Positions 18,277 to 26,447 of a stretch of 37,954 bases of DNA are shown here, one piece after another; within the stretch, counting starts at the first letter, position 1; every line of letters begins with the position of its first letter. This DNA comes from Planctomycetota bacterium (GTDB lineage: Bacteria > Planctomycetota > MHYJ01 > JACQXL01 > CAKKQI01): NCBI GenBank assembly GCA_030633885.1, contig DAOWBV010000003.1, positions 1 to 37,954 on the forward strand, written 5' to 3'. The notes below the pieces were generated by a model. It made no database searches and had not been told where the DNA came from. It worked only from the letters and a program-made list of their open reading frames with translations. A program made the position numbers and the translations under genes.

Positions 18277-18879
18277 ATGAAAAAACTTCTTAAAAAAACC
18301 GCTTTAACGCTGAGAAACGTTATCATCATGTTCGAATTTGTTTTAGCGATTTTGTTGGTTATCCCATGTGTCTTGCTCGGCTGGTTCGGGATTTTCTGTC
18401 ATCGTTATGTCGAGGTGTCTATTGTCTTATCGAAAGTTCCGTTTGCCTTCGGGGAATACCTCAGATTTTTTTATTATAAATGTACTTTGAAAAAAGTCGG
18501 ACGCCGGGTCAAATTTAAATACGGATCCTTTTGTCATTATCGCGATACGATTATTGGCAATAACGTCGTTATCGGTTATTATTCGACTATGGGTAAAGTG
18601 ACCATCGGGGATGACGTTGTGATCGGCGGCTATGTGCTTATATTATCCGGGACCCAGCAGCATTATTTTGATGACCCCAATAAAAAAATTATTGAACATT
18701 CAGGTAAAAAGGTCATGGTTTCGATTGGCAATGATGTCTGGATCGGAAGTAAGGCGGTTGTCATGAATGATGTGGGGCATCGATGTATTATCGGGGCCGG
18801 TAGCGTGGTGGTGGATAAAGTCGAAGATCATTCGATCGTCGCCGGCAATCCGGCCAGGTTGATTAAAAAACTAGAATAA
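18277..18879 (+). CDS. left-handed beta-helix O-acyltransferase (WcaF/LacA-like)
   Basis: hexapeptide repeats IGNNVVIG, IGDDVVIG, IGNDVWIG, IIGAGSVV, VAGNPARLIK. Confidence 0.88.
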   Translation: MKKLLKKTALTLRNVIIMFEFVLAILLVIPCVLLGWFGIFCHRYVEVSIVLSKVPFAFGEYLRFFYYKCTLKKVGRRVKFKYGSFCHYRDTIIGNNVVIGYYSTMGKVTIGDDVVIGGYVLILSGTQQHYFDDPNKKIIEHSGKKVMVSIGNDVWIGSKAVVMNDVGHRCIIGAGSVVVDKVEDHSIVAGNPARLIKKLE

Positions 18880-18931
18880 AATAATTAATAACAAATTTTA
18901 CGTTCGTGGGTGACTGCAATTAACTAAAAGT

Positions 18932-19399
18932 TTATTTTTTAACCAGTCGAGCGATGCGTTGACCCAGCTTCTGACATTCCTTGGTTGCCCGTTCGTCCGG
19001 TTTCCCCACCGCGACCGCCCCGTAATGACTGCCTTTAGGGTCGCCCTGGATTATCATACCGTGAACCAGCATCATGTGAAGAATATCCAAGGTAGTTGTT
19101 TCGTTACCGCCGGCTAAATTCCCGGAAGAAGTAAACGCCCCACCGACTTTACCGTCAAGTTTACCGTGAAACTTGACACTGTCATCAAATAATTTTTTTA
19201 CTTCCGCCGCCGGCGCGCCGTAATAACAGGGTGAGCCGATGATGATCCCATCGTAATCCAGTAGTTCTTTGACCGGGAAGTCACCGATTTTTTTCAGATC
19301 GACCTCAACGTTTTCTTTTTTAACCCCTTCAATGACTAACTGAGCCATTTTTTCGGTATGACCGGTCCGGGAATAGTAAGCGACCAGGATTTTGCTCAT
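18932..19399 (-). CDS. WrbA-like flavodoxin / NAD(P)H-dependent oxidoreductase
   Basis: YYSRTGHTEKMA, IIIGSPCYYG, GKVGGAFTSSG...GGNET. Confidence 0.9.
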   Translation of the reverse strand: MSKILVAYYSRTGHTEKMAQLVIEGVKKENVEVDLKKIGDFPVKELLDYDGIIIGSPCYYGAPAAEVKKLFDDSVKFHGKLDGKVGGAFTSSGNLAGGNETTTLDILHMMLVHGMIIQGDPKGSHYGAVAVGKPDERATKECQKLGQRIARLVKK

Positions 19400-19422
19400 A
19401 ATAAATTCCTTGTTTTATTATT

Positions 19423-19508
19423 GTAGCTGCGACCCTTGTGGTCGCTTATATAGGCGGGGGCAAGCCCCGCAGCTACATGGTACGGACAGGACGTTGTCCT
19501 GTCCCTAC
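19423..19508. repeat. GTAG-foot REP doublet plus an adjacent second-type GTAG REP
   Basis: GTAG CT GCGACC CTTGT GGTCGC ... GCGGGG GCAAG CCCCGC AG CTAC (19423-19476); minus-strand GTAG GGACAGGAC AAC GTCCTGTCC GTAC (19480-19508), whose TAG is the tldD stop. Confidence 0.88.
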
Positions 19509-20947
19509 TTTATACCGACATTTACTCCACGGAACCGGGTCGGCGAAGTCCCGTGCGACATTTCGGCCCGCTGGCCGGGTTGGCCTTTACCGCAGTTGGC
19601 TACGCCCCAGAGGGTCCAGTGCTGGTTATCGCAGATGGCGTCACAGGAACCCCAAAATTCGGGGGTGATCCCCTGGTAAGTGGGGTTTTTGACCATCCGG
19701 ATTTTTTTCCCGTTTTTGATTTCCCAGCCGATCTCGCAACCGAACTGGAAATTCAACCGCATCTGGTCGATACTCCAGGATTTATTGGTTTCCATCAGGA
19801 TACCGTGTTTGGTATCCTTGATCAGGTCATCCAGCTTCCAGGTGCCGGGCATGAGACTAAGATTATTTATTCGGATCATGGGGATGCGGGTAAACCCATC
19901 GGCCCGGCAACAACTGCGGCTCTTGTTTTCACCGACTTTCAGGGCGTATTCGCGGTTGGTCTGATAACCGGTGAACATACCGTCCTTGACGATGTGCCAG
20001 CGCTGGGACCGGACCGCGTCATCGTCATAACCGACCGTGGCCAGTCCGCCCGGGACCGTGCCGTCGGCGACCAGGTTGACGATCTTCGAACCGTAACGTA
20101 AATTTTTATATTTTTCCGGCGTGGCAAAACTACTACCGGCAAAGCTTTCTTCCGCACCGAAGACCCGGTCGAGTTCGGTCGGATGTCCGACCGATTCATG
20201 GATCTGGAGAGCCAGTTGGTCACCGCCCAGGATCAGATCCATTTTTCCGCTGGGACAGGGTTTGGCGGAAAGCAATCCGATCGCTTCTTTTCTGGTCCGT
20301 TCCGCGTTTTCGACCAGTTTCAGATTATTGATCAATTCATAACCCATGGAGGCGTATTGACCGCGGAAAGAAGAAGGGAAAGAGCGGACTTGGGTATCCC
20401 CTTTTCCGACCGCGTGGGCGGAATAACCGGCACCGCTGCGTAACAGGATCTGTTCGATCAAACTGCCTTCCGAGGTGCCCAGCCATTGATGTTCCCGTTT
20501 AAAGGACATACCACTTTCGGCTACTTTGATCCGCTTGTCTTTACGTAAAATTTTGTCAATGATCATTAATAAATTAATTTTTTCTTCCAGCGGGACGCGA
20601 AAGGGATCGATCACATAAGGGGTGGTCCAGAAATCGGTGTAAATGTTTTCCCGGGTGAGCTGGATATCTTCGATTTTTAATGACGCGCTGGCGTGGGCGA
20701 TATCGACGGCCAGAGCGCTGATCTTTTCGATCTCGGACCGTTCGACCTTACTGCTGCAGGCAAAACCCCAGGCTCCATCGGCGATCACCCGGACGCCGAA
20801 CCCGAAAGTAGTGGCCTGGTCCAGAGACCCGATCCGGCCATTTTTGATCTGGATATCTTCGTGTTCTTCCTGAATGATCCGGATATCGGCGTAACTGGCC
20901 CCGCGGGCAGTGGCCGTATCCAGAGCGAGATGAATAAAATCTTTCAT
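19505..20947 (-). CDS. tldD: TldD-family metalloprotease subunit
   Basis: GFGVRVIADGAWGFA, IHESVGHPTELDR (HExxxH), YDDD, NFQFGCE, CGKGQPGQ; ATG at 20947 preceded by GGGAG. Confidence 0.93.
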   Translation of the reverse strand: MKDFIHLALDTATARGASYADIRIIQEEHEDIQIKNGRIGSLDQATTFGFGVRVIADGAWGFACSSKVERSEIEKISALAVDIAHASASLKIEDIQLTRENIYTDFWTTPYVIDPFRVPLEEKINLLMIIDKILRKDKRIKVAESGMSFKREHQWLGTSEGSLIEQILLRSGAGYSAHAVGKGDTQVRSFPSSFRGQYASMGYELINNLKLVENAERTRKEAIGLLSAKPCPSGKMDLILGGDQLALQIHESVGHPTELDRVFGAEESFAGSSFATPEKYKNLRYGSKIVNLVADGTVPGGLATVGYDDDAVRSQRWHIVKDGMFTGYQTNREYALKVGENKSRSCCRADGFTRIPMIRINNLSLMPGTWKLDDLIKDTKHGILMETNKSWSIDQMRLNFQFGCEIGWEIKNGKKIRMVKNPTYQGITPEFWGSCDAICDNQHWTLWGVANCGKGQPGQRAEMSHGTSPTRFRGVNVGIK

Positions 20948-20957
20948 GTTTATCTCC

Positions 20958-22301
20958 CTAAAACTTAGTACCACTCGAAAAATTGAAATTATTTATCTTT
21001 AAAGACGGGGTGACAAAACCGCCGCCAAAAAAACTGTTGCATAATTTCAGGTCCTTGGAAAGAAGTTCCACGTTTGACAGCGCTTTCAGGACACTTTCAG
21101 TAAACCGCATATTCTTGATGCCCCGGCTGATAGTTCCGTTCTCGATCAGGAAAGTTCCGTTCCGGGTCATACCGGTTAAAGTCATTTTCATGGGATCGAT
21201 AATATTGGTATAATGGAATTCGGTGACCAGTACGCCTTTTTTAGTAGACGCGATCATTTCTTTAAGCGAAGAGTCTCCGGGCATCAGGATCAGGTTGGTT
21301 GGTAACGGTCCGTGGGTGTTCGGTTGGGGTAAGGCGTGTCCGGTGGATTGCTTTTTAGCCTTTTTAGCGGTCAACCGGTCATAGACTACTCTTTTGGCCA
21401 CCCCGTTTTCAATTAATGATACTTTTTGTCGGGGCAGGCCTTCGAAATCAAAAGGCATGCCGAGATTCTGGGGGTGGTAAACGTCATCGACGATCGAAAT
21501 ATTATAACCCATTAATTTTTTGCCGAGTTTACCGCTGAGGAAACTCCGTCCTTCCTGATATAACAACGCGCCAAATCCCTGAAAGGCCATGAATAACAAA
21601 AATTCCACGGCCGCGGCCGGTTCCAGGATGACCGTGTATTGCCCGGCCGGCAGACTGACCGGATCTTTACTTTTCAGAGCTTTTTCAATCGCTCGCTTGG
21701 CGATTTCGCGGGTATCGATCCGGTCCACGTCTTTATTGGTCTCGCCGGCCCAGCCGTTGCTGTCCGGGCCGATGGCCGTCAGGGTGAAGTTAGCTTCAGT
21801 CGCCCGGTGATAATTAAAAAGTTTTTTGGAATTGGCAATTGCCAGGACCGTGTTCGAGTTAGAAAAAATACCGGATCCTTTAAGATTATTCTGAGTGCAC
21901 TCGACGACCGCGTTGCGGATAGCCTGAGCTCGCTTGAGCGGGGAAAACTTGGCCGTTCGCTCAACATAAGTATCGAGCGGTTGATATTTTTGTTTGGAGG
22001 CCAACGATAATATTTTGGGATCTTTTTTCTGGTTTTTCAGCAGGACCATCGCCTGCCGCAGGACTTTTTTTAAGGAATCGTCGTCTACCTGAGTGGTTGT
22101 CATCCGGGCCGTTTTGCCGTCTTTAATTACCCGAATGGTCACTTCCATGATCTCATTTTCATGCACGTTCTGGGTGATGACATTATTGGCATAGCGGGTC
22201 AGTGATTTACTGTAGTTTTGAATGATAACTTCCGTCTGGTCGGCCTGAGAGTAGAGCATTATTTTTTTGACGATTTGTTGGGCAGCTTCTGGATTTAACA
22301 T
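20958..22301 (-). CDS. pmbA: TldE/PmbA-family protein
   Basis: LTRYANN.I.QNV, G.YTVILEP.A, PFDFEG.P, STGHALP, TGMTRNG.FLIENG, NMRFTES; no HExxH; paired with tldD. Confidence 0.9.
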   Translation of the reverse strand: MLNPEAAQQIVKKIMLYSQADQTEVIIQNYSKSLTRYANNVITQNVHENEIMEVTIRVIKDGKTARMTTTQVDDDSLKKVLRQAMVLLKNQKKDPKILSLASKQKYQPLDTYVERTAKFSPLKRAQAIRNAVVECTQNNLKGSGIFSNSNTVLAIANSKKLFNYHRATEANFTLTAIGPDSNGWAGETNKDVDRIDTREIAKRAIEKALKSKDPVSLPAGQYTVILEPAAAVEFLLFMAFQGFGALLYQEGRSFLSGKLGKKLMGYNISIVDDVYHPQNLGMPFDFEGLPRQKVSLIENGVAKRVVYDRLTAKKAKKQSTGHALPQPNTHGPLPTNLILMPGDSSLKEMIASTKKGVLVTEFHYTNIIDPMKMTLTGMTRNGTFLIENGTISRGIKNMRFTESVLKALSNVELLSKDLKLCNSFFGGGFVTPSLKINNFNFSSGTKF

Positions 22302-22405
22302 GGTTGTCCTCTAAGTAAGATTTGATTTAAAATTTTATTATAGTTAATTATTCGATGTTTTCAACTAATTTCTATGCGAAATTTATTCCCCAATGAAGCC
22401 TGAAT

Positions 22406-22414
22406 TGATATAAT
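22406..22414 (+). promoter_or_regulatory. extended -10 promoter immediately upstream of aroB
   Basis: TGATATAAT ends 8 nt before the ATG at 22423; no SD in between. Confidence 0.55.
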
Positions 22415-22422
22415 CACTGGCA

Positions 22423-23487
22423 ATGAAAAAAATTCAAGTAAAATTGGGCCGTCGAAGTTACCCGATCCTGATCAAATCAGGATTATTATCGCCGGCGGGA
22501 AAACTCATTCGGCAAAGGCTGTTAGGCGTTCGTGACATTTGTATTATTACGGATAAAGACGTCGCCCGGTTGTATTTGTCTCAGGTGACCCGTTCGTGTC
22601 GGCGGGCTGGGTTTTCCGTGCGCCGGATCATTTTACCAGTCGGGGAAACGCAAAAGTCGCTGACCACCGCCAAAAATATTTACCAAAAGCTTTTGAAATT
22701 TCGTTTTGACCGGTCCGCGGTGTTGGTGGCTCTGGGCGGCGGGGTGATCGGCGACCTGACCGGTTTTGTGGCGGCCACTTATCTGCGTGGCGTGAATTTT
22801 ATCCAGATTCCAACCACTTTACTGGCCCAGGTTGATGCCGGTATCGGTGGAAAGGTTGGAGTTAACTTGTCCCAGGGAAAGAACCTGGTTGGTGCTTTTT
22901 ATCAGCCGCGGGTGGTATTGATCGATCCCAGAGTTTTGAGGAGCTTGCCGCGACGCCAGATGAAAAACGGCTGGGCGGAAATAATTAAATACGCCGTGAT
23001 CAAAGATGGCCACTTGTTTAAAATACTGGAAAGAAATAAGGATATTTGGTCGATCCTGGAAAAGGTTATTGTGCGAGCGGTGGTAATTAAATCTCGATTG
23101 GTTGCTAAAGACGAAAGAGATGAGTCTGGAGTTCGAATGATTCTTAATTACGGGCATACGGTTGGTCACGCACTGGAATCCTTAGGTCAATTTAAGCGGC
23201 ATCAACATGGGGAAGCCGTGGCTCTGGGAATGACTATTGCGGCTAACCTGGCCGTTTCTTTAAAGTTAGTCGGGTCTGATTTCCTGAAACGTCAAACCGC
23301 CCTGCTGGAAAAATACGGCTTACCGATTAGATTACCGGCTGGTTTGAGACCCGGGCAGATAATTTCCAAGCTAAAATATGACAAAAAAATCAGTCGGAAA
23401 AAATTACATTGGGTTTTGCCGCGCGGGATCGGTCGGGTGATGGTTTCCGATAAAGTTTCTTTGCGGGTGCTGAGAAAAGTGTTATGA
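22423..23487 (+). CDS. aroB: 3-dehydroquinate synthase
   Basis: GE..KS, ALGGGVIGDLTGFVAATYLRG, PTTLLAQVD, GKNLVGAFYQP, LNYGHTVGHALE, HGEAVA. Confidence 0.97.
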   Translation: MKKIQVKLGRRSYPILIKSGLLSPAGKLIRQRLLGVRDICIITDKDVARLYLSQVTRSCRRAGFSVRRIILPVGETQKSLTTAKNIYQKLLKFRFDRSAVLVALGGGVIGDLTGFVAATYLRGVNFIQIPTTLLAQVDAGIGGKVGVNLSQGKNLVGAFYQPRVVLIDPRVLRSLPRRQMKNGWAEIIKYAVIKDGHLFKILERNKDIWSILEKVIVRAVVIKSRLVAKDERDESGVRMILNYGHTVGHALESLGQFKRHQHGEAVALGMTIAANLAVSLKLVGSDFLKRQTALLEKYGLPIRLPAGLRPGQIISKLKYDKKISRKKLHWVLPRGIGRVMVSDKVSLRVLRKVL

Positions 23488-23532
23488 AGGGCGTTAGAGT
23501 TTACTCATCCTAACCGGCATTCTGTAATTGAC

Positions 23533-24261
23533 TTAATGGGGCTTGCCCCGACTCCCTATCGGGGGCAGACTCCAATCAATGGGGGTTTGCCCTTGTTGAA
23601 CCAGATAATCGTTCGCTTGGGAAAAATGTCGAGTGCCGAAAAAACCGCGGTGGGCTGACAGTGGTGACGGATGGGGAGCTTTCAGTACTAAGTGTTTTTG
23701 ACTGTCAATAAACTGCCCTTTCTTCTGTGCATAACTACCCCACAGTAAAAACACCAATCCCTCGCGCTGTTCATTTAACAATTGAATGGCTCGATCGGTA
23801 AACTGCTCCCAGCCGCGCCCTTGATGAGATCCGGCCCGGTTTCGTTCAACGGTCAACATTGCGTTGAGCAACAATACCCCCTGCTTTGCCCAGGATTGGA
23901 GACAGCCATGATCCGGCATTGGAACGCCTAAATCCTGATGAATTTCTTTAAATATATTCAGTAACGATGGAGGAGAAGGTACATCCGGCAGAACTGAGAA
24001 ACACAATCCGTGGGCCTGATTAGGGCCGTGATAAGGGTCTTGCCCCAGAATAACCACTTTAACTGAATCAAAAAATGTTGAATTAAACGCGTTAAAAATC
24101 AGACTCCCCGGGGGAAATATGACTTTTCCCTGCTGTTTTTCCGTCACCAGGAATTGCTTTAATGCTTTCAGATAGGGTTGTTCAAATTCATCTTTGAACA
24201 TAGAAAGCCATGAAGGATGTAATTTAATTTCAGCACGTATATCACTCATGTTTTTACCCAT
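23533..24261 (-). CDS. ung: family 1 uracil-DNA glycosylase
   Basis: [32 protein letters not shown]; alternative start at 24249. Confidence 0.97.
   Translation of the reverse strand: MGKNMSDIRAEIKLHPSWLSMFKDEFEQPYLKALKQFLVTEKQQGKVIFPPGSLIFNAFNSTFFDSVKVVILGQDPYHGPNQAHGLCFSVLPDVPSPPSLLNIFKEIHQDLGVPMPDHGCLQSWAKQGVLLLNAMLTVERNRAGSHQGRGWEQFTDRAIQLLNEQREGLVFLLWGSYAQKKGQFIDSQKHLVLKAPHPSPLSAHRGFFGTRHFSQANDYLVQQGQTPIDWSLPPIGSRGKPH
23542..23564 (+). repeat. CTTG-foot hairpin inside the ung 3' end
   Basis: CTTG CCCCGA CTCCCTA TCGGGG; encodes most of the tail PIGSRGKPH after IDWSLP. Confidence 0.6.
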
Positions 24262-24415
24262 TATCTGCTTCTGAAAGAGTTTCTCTATTCTCTAATCGTT
24301 TGATTGCCTCCAGGATCGTGTTAAACATACCTGCCGGTAGGTATTCCATCCATTTAATTTAAATTCTATCATGCGGAGTGAAGTATTTCAAGGGAAAATG
24401 CTGAAACGAAAAAGG

Positions 24416-24443
24416 TTGAAACGTCACGCAATTTATCTATAAT
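24416..24443 (+). promoter_or_regulatory. sigma70 promoter upstream of the nitroreductase gene
   Basis: TTGAAA-16 nt-TATAAT; GAAGGAG RBS before the ATG at 24512. Confidence 0.55.
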
Positions 24444-24511
24444 CTTAGATGGTTTGGAAATTTTATGTGTCCTGGCCCAGGTTGCTGGGATTTAATTTGA
24501 AGGAGTGAATC

Positions 24512-25207
24512 ATGAAAGAAATGATGATGTTAAGCCTGGTTGTTTATTTGTGTTGTCTCTTATGTTCCTGCGCGGCGGAGAGTAATGGCGAGCCGCTGAA
24601 TCCGCCGGTTGATAATCCCGGCGAGATAAATCTGCCGGTCCCGAAAACGGATGGCCGGATATCGTTGGAGCAAACTCTTCTGAAACGGCGTTCGGTCAGA
24701 AAGTATGCTCAAAAGGAACTGACTTTGGAGCAGATCTCCCAGCTCTGCTGGGCGGCCCAGGGCATTACGGCTCGGCGCGGCCGGATAGGATTTCGAACTG
24801 CTCCTTCAGCCGGGGCGCTTTATCCTATGTCTCTTTATCTGTTGAAAAAAGATGGATATTATAAGTATATTCCGGAAACCCATTCACTGAAATTAATCAG
24901 TAAAGAAAATTTATTGGAAGATTTAACTGAAGCGGCCCTGGGCCAGCCCTACATTAAAAAGGCCCCGGTGACTTTTGTTATTTCCGGTGATTACGCTAAA
25001 TGCGCCAAACGATATCGCGACCGCGCCCCGCTTTTTGTTCACGTCGAGACCGGGCATATCGGTCAGAATATTCATCTTCAGGCCGTCGCCCTGGGACTCG
25101 GTTCGGTTCCCATCGGGGCTTTCCGGGATGAGGATGTTAAAGATGTTCTGGGATTGCCTGATAACGAGGCCCCGCTTTATATTATTCCGGTTGGTTATCC
25201 GGAGTAA
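24512..25207 (+). CDS. SagB/ThcOx-family FMN nitroreductase with a lipoprotein-like signal peptide
   Basis: RRSVR, SQL.WAAQG, RTAPSAGALYP, E.GHIGQNI.LQA.ALGLG.V.IGAF; N-terminal hydrophobic stretch ending LCSC. Confidence 0.9.
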   Translation: MKEMMMLSLVVYLCCLLCSCAAESNGEPLNPPVDNPGEINLPVPKTDGRISLEQTLLKRRSVRKYAQKELTLEQISQLCWAAQGITARRGRIGFRTAPSAGALYPMSLYLLKKDGYYKYIPETHSLKLISKENLLEDLTEAALGQPYIKKAPVTFVISGDYAKCAKRYRDRAPLFVHVETGHIGQNIHLQAVALGLGSVPIGAFRDEDVKDVLGLPDNEAPLYIIPVGYPE

Positions 25208-25227
25208 ATTTTCGGAGAAAAGGTGGA

Positions 25228-25286
25228 GTAGCCGAGATTGTCTCAATCTCGGCAAAATGTCCTCAGGTTGAGACAACCTGAGATAC
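25228..25286. repeat. REP doublet of a further GTAG/GTAT type
   Basis: GTAG CCGAGATTG TCT CAATCTCGG ... CTCAGGTTG AGA CAACCTGAG ATAC. Confidence 0.75.
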
Positions 25287-25321
25287 ACCATTTTTTGTGA
25301 TCTCTAACGGAACAAGAAGCC

Positions 25322-26443
25322 ATGAATAATCTGGAAAATTTAGTCACTTTAAACGCTACCCCGAATATCGGTTCGATTCTTTACGGTCGGATAAACCGAA
25401 TGTTCGGCAGTTTAGATAAAGCTCTGAAAGCTTCGGCTAATGACTTACAGCGGGTGCCGGGGATCGGTCACAAATTGGCCGATGACATTGTGAAATCGGT
25501 TAAGGAGAAACGCGGGGAGCAGGAATTAGAGCTGGCCCGGAAATTAAACGTTAAGATTATTAGTTACGAGGATCAGGATTATCCCCGGAATTTAAAGACG
25601 ATCTTTGATCACCCGATCCTGATATATGTAAGGGGCGAGATCAGACCGGAAGATTTTCTGTCTATCGCCCTGGTTGGTTCGCGCCGGGCCAGTTATTACG
25701 GCCAGCGTCAGGCGGAACGGTTGGCGGTCGATCTGGCCCAGCGTGGTCTCTGCGTGGTCAGCGGTTTAGCGCGCGGGATCGACACGTTTGCCCATAACGG
25801 AGCGTTAAAATTTAAGGGTGGTCGGACTCTGGCCGTGTTAGGAAGCGGAATAAATAAATTATATCCGTCGGAAAATAAGAAATTGGCCCAGCGGATCGTT
25901 GAATCCGGAGCGGTTATTTCTGAGTTGCCGTTAAATGCCCCGCCCGATGGCCGTAATTTTCCGGTCCGGAACCGGATCATCAGCGGGCTTTCTTTAGGGG
26001 TGGTGGTGGTTGAGGCCCCGCGTCGCAGCGGCGCGTTGATCACGGCTGACCTGGCGTTGGATCAGGGGCGGGAAGTTTTTGCTTTACCGGGTAAGGTTGA
26101 CAGTCCGACCAGTCAGGGTTGCCATCGTTTGATCAAGATGGGCGCTAAGCTGGTAGAAACAGCGGATGATATTATTGAGGAACTGGGTCCTTATCAGTCG
26201 GCCTTTACCGGAGCGGTTGAAGGAGAGCAAAAAACAGCCGGTTCCAGACAGGCGGTGATCAGTGGCCTTGATTACCGGGAAAAAGCTATCTGGGAAACGT
26301 TGACACTGGACGATACGAAAAATATCGATGAAATTATTCAACAATCCAAACTTCCGCCGGCTCTGGTCTCCAGTACTTTGCTCGTGATGGAACTAAAAAA
26401 AATCGTCCGCCAATTACCGGGCAAGAATTTTTTACGTTTATAA
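25322..26443 (+). CDS. dprA: DNA-processing protein DprA/Smf
   Basis: ALVGSR.AS.YG, VSGLARGID..AH, FP.RNRIISGLS.G.VVVEA...SGALITA, QGREVFA.PG; C-terminal winged helix. Confidence 0.97.
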   Translation: MNNLENLVTLNATPNIGSILYGRINRMFGSLDKALKASANDLQRVPGIGHKLADDIVKSVKEKRGEQELELARKLNVKIISYEDQDYPRNLKTIFDHPILIYVRGEIRPEDFLSIALVGSRRASYYGQRQAERLAVDLAQRGLCVVSGLARGIDTFAHNGALKFKGGRTLAVLGSGINKLYPSENKKLAQRIVESGAVISELPLNAPPDGRNFPVRNRIISGLSLGVVVVEAPRRSGALITADLALDQGREVFALPGKVDSPTSQGCHRLIKMGAKLVETADDIIEELGPYQSAFTGAVEGEQKTAGSRQAVISGLDYREKAIWETLTLDDTKNIDEIIQQSKLPPALVSSTLLVMELKKIVRQLPGKNFLRL

Positions 26444-26447
26444 ACTT

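Noticed and set aside
24250-24350. Small minus-strand ORF ([31 protein letters not shown]) upstream of ung
   Set aside because: Only 31 codons, partly made of a palindrome, and no recognisable homology
19505-25207. TldD/TldE plus SagB as a microcin/TOMM RiPP cluster
   Set aside because: No YcaO, precursor peptide or exporter; the genes are in separate transcription units split by aroB and ung; stand-alone forms are common in anaerobes
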